Of a DNA stretch of 64,000 nucleotides, positions 25,521 to 41,177 are shown in pieces. The stretch's first letter is position 1. Each line of letters opens with the position of its first letter. The notes under the pieces were generated by a model. It did no database searches. It worked only from the letters and a program-made list of their open reading frames with translations, and was not told the DNA's origin. Made by a program: the position numbers and the translations under genes. The DNA lies in NCBI RefSeq assembly GCF_006345805.1, contig NC_043006.1:85870001-85934000 (forward strand). Direction: 5' to 3'. The stretch is from Octopus sinensis (lineage: Eukaryota).

Positions 25521-26139
25521 TATGCCTATACACAGCCACTGACAAAAATGCAAAATAATGTGAAATTCACTGAACAAATCTCCATCTTTTTTTTATGGGA
25601 CATTCATAAACATCAACCTGAATCTCCTCAAAACCATAACTCCCAAATGGTTCAAACACAGCTCTACTGCTGCGGTATAAAGAAAACTGTTCACAAAACC
25701 TGGAAACAAAGTTACCCATCCTCACCAACTAGGTGGCTTTTACCCACCGCTTCATTTCCTGCAATACTACCATCTGAAATGTCTAAGTGTCTTTATGTAT
25801 TTTCACAGCCTGCAAACTCTCCTGCCCCACCCTGAATTGCAGTCTTACAAGTTTGATCCCTTACTGAAAAGTTCTCTACTGACTTCGTAGAAATCTCACA
25901 TCCACTACTTTTTAACCACGATGGCTCTAAGCTGTATTTCCAGGTAGAAAGTTTCTTCATTTTCATTCAGTTCTATGTTGCCCTCACTTGGCAAAAATTC
26001 CACCAATCTTAACTTCTCTCTTACACACACACAGTGCAAAGCAACCTCCAGTTGCTTCTAATCAACAAGACCATTGGTCCTGACAATATCCTTCCTTCAA
26101 TGCACTAAGCAAGTCCCTATCTTATTTCTTTATTGCCCA

Positions 26140-26350
26140 CAAGGGGCTAAACATAGAGGGGACAAACAAGGACAGACAAAGGGATTAAGTCAATTACATC
26201 GACCCCCAGTGTGTAACTGGTTCTTAATTTATTGACCCTGAAAGGATGAAAGGCAAAGTCGACCTCGGCGGAATTTGAACTCAGAACATAAGACAGACGA
26301 AACACCGCTAAGCATTTCGCCTGGCGTGCTAACGTTTTTGCCAGCTTGTC
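26140..26350 (-). mobile_element. SINE family B
   Basis: GGATGAAAGGCAAAGTCGACCTCGGCGGAATTTGAACTCAGAAC; the reverse complement gives a tRNA-like B box. Confidence 0.8.
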
Positions 26351-26778
26351 GCCTTTTTTTTTTTTTTTTTTTTGCCAAACTTCAACCTTACTCTACAGAA
26401 ATCTATCCTGTTCACATAATGTTACTCCATTTATTAACTAATGGAGTAAACTTAAACTTTGAACTTACTCCATTAACACATGAAAGAAATAAATTAAAAT
26501 TGCTGCATCAGCCCTTATGTTGCCATATTTCTGCTGAAATACACCAACTTTATTTTTAATTAATTTTGAAAATAACGAATTTAGTAAAATAATTTTCATA
26601 ATATTAAGCTGATGTTTGAAACCAATTAACATGAAATTTTGGTGGAAAGCACTGTAAAACAAGAGGTTTGCATCATAGAAGCGAGGTGCGGTCTTAGGTG
26701 GTTTGGTATCAAACTAAGAAAGTAAAATTTAAAATTACTCCATTAACACACTAATGGAATAAAATTAAAAATTACTCC

Positions 26779-27120
26779 ATGTGGTAAGAAGCTTGCTTCC
26801 CAAACACATGGTTCCAGGTTCAGTCCCACTGCATGGCACCTTGGGCAAGTGTCTTCTACTGTAACCTCAGGCTGACTGAAACTTTGTGAGTGGATTTATT
26901 AGGCAGAAACTGAAGAAACCTGTTGTATATATTTGTGTGTGTGCCTTTGTGTCTCTGTTGGTGTGTTTACATCCCCATAACTTAGTGTTTCAGCAAAAGA
27001 GACTGATAGTATATGTACTAGGCTTAAAAAAAAAACTCCTGGGGTGTTTTGTTCAACCAAAACCTTTCAAGGCAGTGCTCCAGCATGACCGCAGTTAAAT
27101 ACTTGAACAAAAAAGAATAC
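26779..27120 (+). mobile_element. SINE family A
   Basis: TGTGGTAAGAAGCTTGC...CCTTGGGCAAGTG...GGCAGTGCTCCAGCATGACC. Confidence 0.8.
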
Positions 27121-27369
27121 TAATAGAATAAAATTTTTAAATCACTTTGTTATCATGGTAATGGAGTTAACTTTAAAATCACTCCATTTTTAGACCAATG
27201 GAGTAAACTTTAGATGACCAAACATCACTTAAAATTACATCCTTCAAAACGAACAACACAGCACAGTGTTGTCTTAGATATATTATGTCTGTAAAACAAA
27301 GGGATGATCCTGGTTGGATTGCCATTCTATGATACGTCTGGTCAGTTAAAGCTGTCATAAGTCTAAGTA

Positions 27370-28340
27370 ACAATTTAAACCCTTTTGATAAAGTTGACCA
27401 TGGTATGATATGTCACATGCTATGTAATCTCAGCAGAGTCAGAAAACTTGGAGAGTGGCTACATGACTCTAAAAGAGTCATGTAGTGGTGGTCAACTGGG
27501 CTACCTCCAAAGAAATGCAAATAATGACTGGTGTTCCATAGGGTGCTGTCTTGTGTAGCCCTCTCAGACATGCCCTCAGCTTCTTAGAGAGCCATACTTG
27601 TTAGCTGTGTAGATGATACACAAGTCTTTCAGAGGATATAGAACTATATATTGCACAAATGCAATAGGTATTGGATGCAATACACAGAGGAGCTGAGAAT
27701 AGTAACATGCTGGAAAATTCCAAGCCCTGTGTTACTAACACATGAAGCTGAATGAAAAGTAGACAGGATACACTGGCCTAGGAGGGACTGCAATCCTTGA
27801 ATGAAAATTGGTGTGTTGCCTGGAAATTGATATGAATAATGATGCATATTACTAAGTTGGCAATAATGCCGATGGTTGGACGCATACTTTCAGAATGAGA
27901 GAACAGGAAACCATGATAGTCCTCTGGGGGATATTTGTCCTCAGCTGTTTAGACTATTGCTCCCAACTGTGGTCACTACACAGTGTAAAATTAACAATGG
28001 AGCTCGAAGCAATCCAGTGAAGCTCATCTCAGTATGACATGTCAGCTACTGGGAGAGACTGAAAAAATTAAAACTACTCCCTAGAACAAAGATGGGAAAG
28101 ATATACAGTGAAAGACATTTGGAGAATCCTAGAACTTGTACTAAACTTTGGCATTGAAAGTTACACGAATATCAGAATGGGGCACCACAGCATAGTGCCA
28201 AAAATCTCAACATTGCCATCATGATACAGGACCAGATACTGCAACAGCTTGGATTTGAAGCTCTTCAAAATCCTACCAAAAATGCTTGAGAGATCTACAT
28301 GGAATGGACAGGTGTTTTCAAAACATCTAACTTAGGATCC
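27370..28340 (+). mobile_element. Old CR1-like LINE 3' fragment
   Basis: Decayed RT/C-terminal coding sequence (FDKVDHGMICH; ..DYCSQLWS..), homologous to 49140-50200. Confidence 0.7.
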
Positions 28341-29653
28341 ATAATTGTATCCTCGAATAGATGCAAACTTCATTGCCATTGATGTCTCTTCTCTTCACTG
28401 TTGTCACCCCAATGTACCTCTGTTGTCCATCTCTGTCACTGTACATCTTCCTCCCCACCACACTTATGCTCTGCACATCATGACCCTACTTTCTGATGCA
28501 TCTACAAGTTTATGACAGTTTCTCTCCTCCCGTCCTGTGCTATAACTTCTCAGCTCCCATTTCCTGCATCACTTCTATCTCTTTCACCTTTCCCTTCTCT
28601 ATATATTGATGTTTATCATCAGCCATACTGCCACCCCTTGTTCATCACTCACAATATTTAACCTTACCCCCATCTCTGTCACTTTCCCTCATACTCTAAT
28701 GGAATTACCCACCCTCTTTCCCCCTCCAATCCCTTGTCCTTATTCTCTCTTATATCTTGAGAGTATGCTTTGTCAACTCATCACCACCATCTTTATCCTT
28801 TTTCTAGCTACTCACGTCAACCCTCAGATAATGCAGGGTAGCCATATATCTCCTCTATGGCAAGACATCTGTGATACTTTAGCCTCTCAACATCTAGTAT
28901 AAAATCACCTCTTTCTTTCTCAAATACATTTTGAGTCAGTTAAGGAGGCTGTTTCTATTCTTGTCTTGCAAGGTGACCTCATTAGTGCTGGTGTCACAAA
29001 AAAAAACCAACAACAACAAACAAAAAAAATCACCCATAACACACTGTAAAGTAGTATTAGGAAGAGCATCCAGCTATAGAAACCATGCCAAAGCTGATGG
29101 AGCTTGATGCAGTCTTGCAGATCAAGGAAGACGTGTTCTTGTCTGTCTCCTGTCCAAGCTTGATTTACGCGTTCGCCACCACAACCTCATTTAGGCTTTG
29201 CAGTCCTTCCTATTTGTTTTCACTGTCCTGTTTGTGTTACCAATTTTGACCCTCTGCAAAATCCCAAATTGCTTGATACAGTCTTCCTGTCAAACTATCC
29301 AACTAATGCTAGGATAGAAAACAGATATTAAATGATGATGATAGAGGTGAAGGGTTAATAACTGACAGAGTAAAACTGTTGTGTGTGCATGTGAGGTAGC
29401 AAATAGAGCATTCATGATATGGTCTTGTAAAAAGAAGATAAAAATAATTTGTAAAATGAACATTGTGATATTTTATTGACCATTAATTAATGGACTAATT
29501 TCATTGAAGGGGTGTATGCTGCCATAATTTATAATTTCATTATGGAGGTATGTACGGACATCGTGTGTATATGCTAAATTCAGGTTTAAAAATCTGATGC
29601 AGGATTCATAGGTTTAAAAAAATATTTAAATATTAAAAAAATTAATAACACAT

Positions 29654-29659
29654 TTTATT
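29654..29659 (-). terminator. Candidate SHC polyadenylation signal
   Basis: AATAAA on minus, ~1.4 kb past the SHC stop, near the end of a TE-free interval. A second AATAAA lies at 29472-29477. Confidence 0.4.
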
Positions 29660-29691
29660 TCGAGCAAAGTCTATCACAAGTAGCCACAGAA

Positions 29692-29838
29692 TTTAATATT
29701 TTGTATTACTATACAGTTGACAGGGTCACAGTGTTTAATATCTGTATTACTATACAGTTACAAGGCCACAGTCTTTAATATCTATTACTATACATCTGAC
29801 AGCGTCACAGTCTTTAATATCTGTATTACTATACAGCT
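29692..29838. repeat. ~40-bp minisatellite, ~4 copies
   Basis: Unit TTTAATATCTGTATTACTATACAGTTGACAGGGTCACAGTC with variants. Confidence 0.85.
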
Positions 29839-31082
29839 TATGGGGGAGAAGGGAATGAAAATTGCTCAGACAGACTGAAGCTAGGATATTTTCTCATGTA
29901 CTCATCTCTGAGTAGTGTGATTGTACTCCTTTGTGAATTTCCAGCTTCATAAAGGAAAATTACTAAGAAAACAATATCAATAATCAATAAACTGCACATT
30001 ACTTCTACTGAAGCTGAGTATTTCTGTCCAAATAGGAAATATTGATGTCACCAAAATTAATGTCTCTGTCTGTGAATGGTGAAGTGAATGAGCCATGTAA
30101 AATGATACACAACTGACCTCTGTTCCTTGGGAGGAGATGGTTATCTTTCAGTTAAAAATTAAACGAGTGCTTTCTGCAAAAATAATTAGCTTTAGAAAGG
30201 GTATTCAATCACTAGTAAAAGCATTACTTTAAAAAGCTCTGTTTAAACACATGGAACATTTAAAAAAATAAGAATGATGATGTTAATGGTAATAGTTCTG
30301 TGGAGAGGAATGGACTGAAGCAGTGCCACTCAATGCAAAAAAAAACAACCCAAAACAAAACAAACAAAAATGACTTGATTAATATAACCAAGATATATGA
30401 ATGTTTGAAATTAGAATGATTTGAAAAAACATTATAACAATAATATGCTTACAGTAACCTATTTGTATAGCAAAAACAAACTACACAAATACTTTTGATT
30501 TATAAGAAATATTTATGTATATATAATAATATATACATATATGGCTTGCAAAATAAACACTCTATACAAAATTTACAAATCCAACCATACTTGTTAAATT
30601 TTACTTGCCATTCATGCACATAGAGTCACACATATTTGTACACACACAAAACCCACTCACCCATTTTATGAGTATTTTAAAGATTGAAGTCCCTGTCATC
30701 AAGGAAATATTTAAGCACATCTCAGGCCAAAATACCTGTAACAAAGTGTGAATTTTATCAAACTAATTACTTGGCCAAATTTATATGAAGGAAAATAAAA
30801 TAAAACAAAATTATATATCTTTCCCAAATTTTTCATAGCCCTTTGGTATGGAGTTTGATTGGAGAGTGGCCTAATTAGTTGGTAATATTGACCACAGATT
30901 GTTTGTAGGTTGTGCTGAAAGGTGTGAACAACTATTTGTCTATCCCTTGTTTTATCACATTATGCCTGCACTTCAGAGAGCAAACAATATTTATCCTCTG
31001 GGTGCAGAGTTCAGGAAACTTGCACAGATCTGAGTGGATGAAATCCTGACATCGTTCTGTAACTATTTTCAAACTGTTTTTG

Positions 31083-31211
31083 TCATTTATTACAAACAAC
31101 TGGTTCTAAAAGATGAAGTTCCGTGCCTTGTGTTAAAATTGGAAAATGATTATCCTTGTGATAATTTACAAGATGGCTAATACTGTCAAATTTACAATCC
31201 TTTGTTCGGAC
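31083..31211 (-). CDS. SHC1: SHC last coding exon (SH2 C-terminus VRTKDCKFDSISHLVNYHKDNHFPILTQGTELHLLEPVVCNK*)
   Basis: Acceptor ttttccag. Matches human SHC1 [38 protein letters not shown]. The symbol denotes the SHC family, not a specific paralog. Confidence 0.93.
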   Translation of the reverse strand, partial: VRTKDCKFDSISHLVNYHKDNHFPILTQGTELHLLEPVVCNK

Positions 31212-32393
31212 CTGGAAGAGAATAAAGAAGAGTTCAGGTAAAACTGGGATAAATTTCATCACCAAATATGACAACATTTGAATAAAAATAAAAAGAATTA
31301 ATAGAGATATTTAATTTATTAAATTTATGTATTTGTTTTAGAAGATTCTTGATGTGAGACCATGAGTTGAAACAGATATATTTGGGGATGGTAATTTTTT
31401 TCTTTTTTACCAATTAATCACACACTATATATTTGTTCTTCACTTCAGCATTATTATTATTATTATTCTTATTTTAGTGTCCATTATCTCAAATCCTTCA
31501 TCACATTCTGTGACTTCTTTGGTGGCTATTTAGTCCTTTCTGACTGAGAGACAGAATGGACTAAACAGAAGGGGACAGGTGGAATGGAGAGTCACTGAAG
31601 TGAAGAACAATATAGTGCATGTGGTTAATTGGCAAAAGAAAAAAGAAATGACCATCCCCAAATTTAACAATACATTTAATTTATATTATGTGAAAATTAT
31701 AAAATACAAAATTCTTTTGAAATTCACAAGGAAAGTTTTAAATTAATTGAGAAAAATTCCTTATCTAATTTATAGAAGTTGGGGATAAACCCCCCCCCCC
31801 AAAAAAAAATTGAATCTGTAAGCCATAGGAACTGATTGTGTTTTGTTTAATGCCAAACCAGGGTTTGCAGGACATTTCATCGAGCTCTATAGATCTTCCT
31901 GGATGAGGCTCATCTTCCAGGCTGTAGTTTCTAGCTCTGAATTTCTGGAACCACCGTTGACACTGGCTTATGCTTGTTGCCTTTATTGAACTCATAAAGC
32001 AAAATATGCTGAATATGCTCCTTTGTCACTTCCATTGTAGCTTTGAAAAAATAACTTAAAATCTTCAGAACTTACACTGAGAATAAATACAAGGTAAAAT
32101 TACTACCTGCTTCTTTATCAAGTTGATGCAGGTATATATCCTGTCCCCCTTCGACTCTTAGTTAATGCAGTTGAAAAAACTGCATTATTCATGGGATGAC
32201 CCGATATATACATATTTTATTTTTGATTTTTGATTATTAACACTCATGCTTGAAAATGTAAATATATTTAAATTCAGTCTTTTTTATGATCTGTGAATCC
32301 TCAAATATCAAAAATTACACTGAAGAGATTCTTACCTACAAACAACGGATTTTTATAATTTAATTATGGGTAAGAATCGAAAAACAATTGTAT

Positions 32394-34280
32394 CATCATC
32401 ATCATCGTTTAGCATCCGCTTTCCATGCTAGCATGGGTTGGACGGTTCAACTGGGGTCTGGGAAGCCAGAAGGCTGCACCAGGTCCAGTTTGATCTGGCA
32501 ATGTTTCTACGGCTGGATGCCCTTCCTAATGCCAACCACTCCATGAGTGTAGTGGGTGCTTTTTACGTGCCAGATGAGTCTGGCAAATGGCCATGAACAG
32601 ATGGTGCATTTTACGTGCCACCGGCATGAGGCCAGTCGGGGCTAAGCTGGCAACGGCCATGAACAGATGGTGCTTTTTACGTGCCACGGGCACGAGGCCA
32701 GTCGGGGCGCAGCTGGTAACGGCCATGTTCGGATGGTTCTCTTACGTCCCACCGGCACTGGTAACTCAGCTGCAATTTCCATTGATCGATTTCGATTCTG
32801 ATTCTCACTTGCCTCAACAGGTCTTCACAAGTAGAGTTTTGTGTCCCAAGAAGGGAGGGTATGCATAAGTGGGCTGGCTACATCCCATGTAGAAGGCCAC
32901 GGGTTATGGTCTCACTTGTCCTGCCGGGTCTTCTCACGCACAGCATACTTCCAGAGGTCTCAGTCTCTAGTCATTTCCTCAGTGAGACCTAAAGTTGTCC
33001 CAGGTTTTCCTGGGTCTGCCTCTTCCACAGGTTCCCTCAACCGCTAGGGTGTGGCACTTTTTCACTCAACTGTCTTCATCCATTCTCGCCACATGCCCAT
33101 ACCAGCGCAAACATCTCTCTTGCACACCACATCTGATGCTTCTTAGGTCCAGCTTTTCTCTCAAGGTACTTACACTCTGTCGTGTATGAATACTGACATT
33201 ACACATCCATTGGAGTATACTGACTTCATTTCTTGCGAGCTTACGCATATCCTCAGCAGTCACGGCCCATGTTTCACTGTCATGTAGCATGGCTGTTCGT
33301 ACACACACGTCATACAGTCTGCCTTTTACTCTGAGCGAGAGGCCTTTTGTCACCAGCAGAGGTAAGAGCTCTCTGAACTTTTCCCAAGCTATTCTTACTC
33401 TAGCAGTTACACTTTCAGCACACCCGCCCCCGCTGCTGACTTGGTCACCTAGGTAACGGAAGCTATCAACTATTTCTAGTTTTTCTCCCTGGAAAGTGAC
33501 AGAAGTTGGTCTTTCAGTGTTTATTGTTCCTGAGCATCTGCCACATACAAAAACCATCTTCCTAGTTAGCCTTCCTTTGACATTGCTGCACCTCTTATGT
33601 GTCCATAGCTTACACTTGGTGTATCTTATAGAGTTTCTACCTACACCTTTTCTAAAGATCGAGCAGGGCCATCTACCTGAAGGTGCTTGTGATTTGTCTA
33701 CCTTCCTACTTATTAGGACTTTGCTTTTAGCTAGATTGACTCTAAGGCCCTTCGATTCTAATCCTTGCGTCCACACCTGAAACTTCTCCACCAGTTCTGA
33801 TAGTGACTCAGCAATTAGAGCAAGGTCATCAGCATAGAGGAGCTCCCAAGGGCATCCTGTCTTGAATTCCTCCATTATTGCCTGGAGGACTATGATAAAT
33901 AGGAGGGTGCTGAGGACTGAACCTTGGTGGACCCCTACCTCTACCCGGAATTCTTCACTGTACTCGTTGCCAACCCTCACCTTACTAGCAGCGTCCCTGT
34001 ACATGGCTTGCACAGCTCTCACTAACCATTCATCTATCCCTAGTTTCCTCATTGACCACCAGATAAGGGATCGGGGGACCCTGTCGAAGGCTTTCTCCAT
34101 GTCAACAAAAGCCAGGTACAGGGGCTTATCTTTGGCTAGGTATTTCTCCTGCAGCTGCCTTACCAGGAATATAGCATCAGTGGTACTTTTCCCTGGCATG
34201 AACCCAAACTGCATCTCATCTAAACTAACTCTCTCTCTAATTAGTTGGGCTATGACCCTCTCCGTAACCTTCATCACCAT
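32394..34280 (-). mobile_element. 5'-truncated RTE LINE with a 404-aa open RT/C-terminal ORF (33066-34280)
   Basis: QFGFMPGKSTTDAIF, AFVDMEKAFDRVP, GVHQGSVLS, LLYADDL. 3' UTR and (GAT)n tail present; possible imperfect TSD AATT(T)GTAT. Confidence 0.95.
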
Positions 34281-35221
34281 GTAATTTGTATTTCATATTT
34301 ATTAATTTTTTATATATTTTATTATAATAATATAATATAATATTTTGTTAATAAATTTAAATTTTGAATTGATAATTATATATCTCCATTTTCTTTCCAT
34401 TTTTCATCATCATCATCGTTTAACGTCCGCTTTCCATGCTAGCATGGGTTGGACGATTTTGACTGAGGGCTGGCGAACCAGATGGCTGCATCAGACTCCA
34501 ATCTTGATCTGGCAGAGTTTCTACAGCTGCATGCCCTTCCTAATGCCAATTAAATATATACCCATGTGAATTGTAAAGTTTTTCTCTACTAAATTGGGTA
34601 TTAAACAGTTGAGCCAGTGAAAGATTAGATGTTTTCATCCCTATTTTCCTTGTTTTTCATCTTTAATTATCCATACAGCATGTACTGGTTTTATAAATTT
34701 AAATGTCAAAATGAAGAAATTTTACACCTAACTGCTCTTTCAAGCAACAAACAACTGAGCCATGAACTCTGAGTGGAAACTAATCTTCAGCTATATAATT
34801 GCTATGAAACCATTGTTAACTTCCACTCTAGGTGTCCTATGGTATACAGTAGTTAAGGCTTTCAGCCTCCATTTGCAATCATTGTGAACTTGTTCCTTGA
34901 ATCATGAAATTGAATATTTGAACTCAATAAAACAATTTATTTTCTCAGTAACAGTCTCTAATCCTAACAATTTAACTCAAGTGTTTTCCAAAACAATTAT
35001 TTTCAGTATTTGAGCCAGACATTCCTCTAATGAAATACAACTACAGGAAAAGTTTCTTCAGACAGAAAGCTTTGATGACATGTCATTAGATACATGCACA
35101 GAAAAGACACACTGGTAAACTACATTCCTAAATTTTCTAACAGAATTCTCACAAGGATCTGATTGGCCTTATGGAGCTCTAAGTTTCTGTGTCTTTCCAG
35201 TATGGTGGTCATAATAATAAT

Positions 35222-35700
35222 AATGATCCTTTCTACTAAAGGCACCAAACCCAAAATTTTTGGGGAGGGGACCAGTTAATTGCATTGACCCCAGCGTTTC
35301 ACTGGTACTTAATTTATCAACATTGAAAAAAAACTCGGGATGTAAAGATGGACAAAATGCCGCAAAGCATTTTGTATGGCATGCTAACATGATTACATCG
35401 ATCCCAGTACTCAACTAGTACTTATTTTATTGCCCCCAAAAGGATGAAAGGCAAAGTTGGCCTCAGTGGAATTTGAACTCAGAACGTTAACAGAGATGAA
35501 ATATTGCCAAGCATTTTGCCTGGCGTGCTAATGATTCTGCCAGCTCACTACCTTAATAATAATATTCCTTTCTACTAAAAGCACAAGGCCTGAAATTTGG
35601 GGGAGGGCACTAGTCGATTACATTGACTCTGGTACTCAATTGTTACCTATTTTATAGACCCCAAAAGGATGAAAGGCAAAGTCGACGTCAATGGAATTTT
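35222..35700 (-). mobile_element. Two adjacent SINE family B copies in an SHC intron
   Basis: The motif CCTTTCTACTAAA-GCAC-A..CC..AAATTT-GGGGAGGG...GGATGAAAGGCAAAGT occurs twice. Confidence 0.75.
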
Positions 35701-35793
35701 AATGTGAAATAATAATGATAATAATGACTTTTGCACTTGAAATACAGAAAAATAACAACATTCATATGAAAAATGAAAAAAAAAAAAACTTAC

Positions 35794-35925
35794 TACACCC
35801 TCAGGATCAATCAGTAATAAATGTTTCACCCCAGCTGAATGTCTGCCACTCAAGACAAATTGACCTTGTGTAGTGGTACTCTCCCTCACCAAGAAATCTC
35901 CTTCATGTTCCAATAATAATTCAGC
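35794..35925 (-). CDS. SHC1: SHC SH2 exon ([44 protein letters not shown])
   Basis: tacag acceptor, GTAAGT donor, 132 bp, phase 0/0. Close match to SHC SH2 [28 protein letters not shown]. Confidence 0.95.
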
Positions 35926-35992
35926 CTGTATATCAAAAGATACAAAAACGATCATGCTTATAACACATCAAAATATTTATTTATATATATTT

Positions 35993-36325
35993 TTTACTTG
36001 TTTCAGTCAATGGACTGCAGCCATACTGAGAACCACCTTGAAGGATTTAGTCAAAGAAATTGTCTCCAGGGCTTATTCTAATAGTCTCCTTTCTGCTGAA
36101 TTTATAAAGTTACAAGGATGTAAACAAATGAATACTGATTGTGCAGTGTTGGCAGGGACCACACAGATACACACATACGATGTGTTTCTTTCAGTTTCCT
36201 TACATCAAATCCAGTTACAGGGCTTTGGTCAGCCCAGAGCTATAGTAGAGGACACTTGCCCAAGGTGACACACAGTGGGACTGAACTTGAAGCTATATGG
36301 CTGGGAAGCAAACTTAGCCACACAT
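35993..36325 (-). mobile_element. SINE family A (older copy)
   Basis: Tail TTTTACTTGTTTCAGTCAATGGACTGCAGCC and core ACACTTGCCCAAGG, in reverse orientation. Confidence 0.75.
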
Positions 36326-36579
36326 CCACCTCTGCACCTCGTAGCTATGTCTTGCCAATGAAAATAAAAATACATGTGCAAAGGATAATGTCACTACACT
36401 AGCATTACCTACTAATTTACAACAGTTAATAGAGAACAAAGATCTGTGAGTAGTGCCTCTAATCAACTGACTAATTAAGAAACATCACAACTGTGTTACA
36501 AGTTATTGCTTATAAAAGTTCTGCTCAATGTTACTATCGTAACTTCTGTAGCATTGGAGCATTATCAGTGTGAACTCAC

Positions 36580-36746
36580 CTCCTTTCTGCTTAAAGGACC
36601 ATGATACCATTCTTCATATACTGGAGCAAGCACTGCAGGAATCTCATCTTTATTAATCATTGCTGCCTGCAAACTTTCTTCTGGTGCCGGTGCTGGTGGT
36701 GGAGGTTGTGTCATTGATTCATTTAAAAGACACGTTTCAAATGGTT
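36580..36746 (-). CDS. SHC1: SHC CH1-end/SH2-start exon (xPFETCLL...PPPPAPAP...YEEWYHGPLSRKE)
   Basis: tttgtttag acceptor (phase 1), GAG|GTGAGT donor. PFE and WYHG..SR match SHC KPFEDA...WFHGKLSRRE; joins in frame to 35925. Confidence 0.92.
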
Positions 36747-36850
36747 CTAAACAAAAACATACAGCAAAACCATCGATAAGAAACAGACCAAAAGGTAGAT
36801 AGTTGATGATTGATTTAAATATATTCCTTCATTTTCTTATTTTGTATTAC

Positions 36851-36853
36851 GTA

Positions 36854-36887
<34 letters not shown>

Positions 36888-38123
36888 CATATACATAAAT
36901 ATATATACACATATATATATATATACATATACATAAATATATATACATATATATATATACATATATATATGCATATACATATATAGATATACATATATAT
37001 ATACATATATATATATACATATATATATACACATATATATATTACATATATATAAATACATTTAATATATATACATATATATATATACATTTACATATAT
37101 ATACATATAATATATATACATTTACATATATATACATATATATATACATTTACATATATATACATATATATATATACATTTACATATTATACATATATAT
37201 ATATACATTTACATATATATACATATATATACATATACATATATATATACATATATATATACATATACATATATATACATATAATATATATACATATACA
37301 GATATACATATATATTAATATATTATATATATAATACATATATATTTATACATATATATACATATATATTTATACATATATATACATATATATTTATACA
37401 TATATATACATATATATTTATACATATTATAACATATATTATACATATATATATACATATATATTATACATATTTATACATATATATACATATATATTTA
37501 TACATATATATACATATATATTATACATATTTATACATATATATATATACATATATATACATATATATATATACATATCTATATACATATATATATATAC
37601 ATATCTATATACATATATATATATACATATATATATACATATATATATATACATATCATTATATCTATATACATATATAATATATATATAAATATATATA
37701 TACATATATATATATACATACATATATATATATACATATATATATATCATACATCATAATATACATATATATATATACATATCTATAACATATATATATA
37801 CATATATATATATACATACATATATATAATATACATAATATATATACATACATATATATATATACATATATATATATACATATCTATATACATATATATA
37901 TACATATATATATATATATACATATCTATATACATATCTATATACATATATATATATATACATATCTATATACATATCTATATACATATCTATATACATA
38001 TATATATATACATATATATATACATATTATATATATACATATATATATAGATATATATATATATACATATATATATATACATATATATATACATATATAA
38101 ATATACATATATATATATACATA

Positions 38124-38159
<36 letters not shown>

Positions 38160-38187
38160 CATACATATATATACATATATATATTAC

Positions 38188-38248
<61 letters not shown>

Positions 38249-38495
38249 ATACACATATATATATACATATATATATATACATATATATACACATATATAT
38301 ATACATATATATATATACATATATATACACATATATACACATATATATACATATATATATATACATATATATACACATATATACACATATATATACATAT
38401 ATATATATAACATATACATATACATATATATATATACATATATATACATACATATATACATACTATATATACATACATACATATATATATACATA

Positions 38496-38538
<43 letters not shown>

Positions 38539-38570
38539 CATATATATACATACATAATATATATACATAC

Positions 38571-38641
<71 letters not shown>

Positions 38642-38812
38642 CATATATATATTCCATATATATATATACATATATATACATATATATACATATATATATA
38701 TACATATATATACATATATATATATATATACTATATATAGATATATATATACATATATATATACATATATATACATATATATATACATATATATATACAT
38801 ATATATATATAC

Positions 38813-38858
<46 letters not shown>

Positions 38859-39214
38859 TATATATCATATATATATATACATATATATATACATATATAT
38901 ATATACATATATATTATATACATATATTATATATACATATATATATATATACATATATATAATATACATATATATATATACATATATATATATATACATA
39001 TACCTATTATACATATATATATATATACTATATATATCTATAATATATCATATATATATATATATATATATAATACATATATATATATACCTATATATAT
39101 ATACATATATATACATATTATTATACATATATATACATATAATATATACATATATATATACATATATATATAATATATTATATATAATATACATATATAT
39201 ACATATATATATAC

Positions 39215-39245
<31 letters not shown>

Positions 39246-39283
39246 CATATATACATATAATACATATATATATACATATATAC

Positions 39284-39316
<33 letters not shown>

Positions 39317-39340
39317 CATATATATATACATATATATATA

Positions 39341-39373
<33 letters not shown>

Positions 39374-39416
39374 CATACATATATATATATACATTATACA
39401 TATATATATATACTAC

Positions 39417-39503
<87 letters not shown>

Positions 39504-39593
39504 CATATATACTATATACATATACATACATATATATATATACATATATATATACATATATATACATACATATATATTCATATATATACATGC

Positions 39594-39640
<47 letters not shown>

Positions 39641-40174
39641 CATATATATACATACATAATATACATTATATTATATACATACATATATATACATATATAT
39701 ATATATATACATAATATACATATATATATATATACATATATACATACATATATATATATATACATATATACATACATATATATATTACATACATATATAT
39801 ATATGCATACATATATATAATAATAAATAATATTCTATACATACATATATACATACATACATATATATATACATACATACTTATATATACATACATACAT
39901 ATATATATACATACATACATATATATACATACTACATATAATACATACATACATATATAATATATTACATACATATATAATACATACGTATATCTATATA
40001 CATACATATATATATACATACATACAATACACATATATCTACATACATATATATATATATACATACATACATATATATACATACATACTATATAACATAC
40101 TACATATATATATCATACATACATATATATACATCATATATATATATACATACATAATATATATACATACATAC

Positions 40175-40264
<90 letters not shown>

Positions 40265-40282
40265 ATATATACATATATATAC

Positions 40283-40316
<34 letters not shown>

Positions 40317-40328
40317 GTATATATATAC

Positions 40329-40368
<40 letters not shown>

Positions 40369-40640
40369 ATACATACATATATATATATATACATATATAT
40401 ATACATACATATATATATATACATACATATATATATACATATATATACATACATATATATATATATACATATATATACATATATATATATATACATACAT
40501 ATATATATATATATATACATATATATACATACATATATATATATATACATACATATATATATATATACATATATATACATACATATATATATATACATAT
40601 ATATACATACATATAATACATACATATCTATATATATATA

Positions 40641-40724
<84 letters not shown>

Positions 40725-41114
40725 AATATATATATATACCATATATTATATATATATACATATATATATATATAATATAATACATATATAATAATATATA
40801 TATATACATATATTACATAATATATATACATATATATTATTTACATATACATACATATATATATTTACATATACATATACATATATATACATATATATAT
40901 ATTACATATACTATATATATATTTATTTACATATCTCTACTTGAGTGGGCCATAGTGCCCAAATTCTGACTTGAAAGACTTCACCAGGTGGTGCTATTAT
41001 TTAGACATGGCCTGGGCCAATAATGGCCGAACCTATCAAAGTATCAAGTACATATATATATATTTACATATCATATATATATATATATACATATACAATA
41101 TATTATATATATAC

Positions 41115-41177
<63 letters not shown>

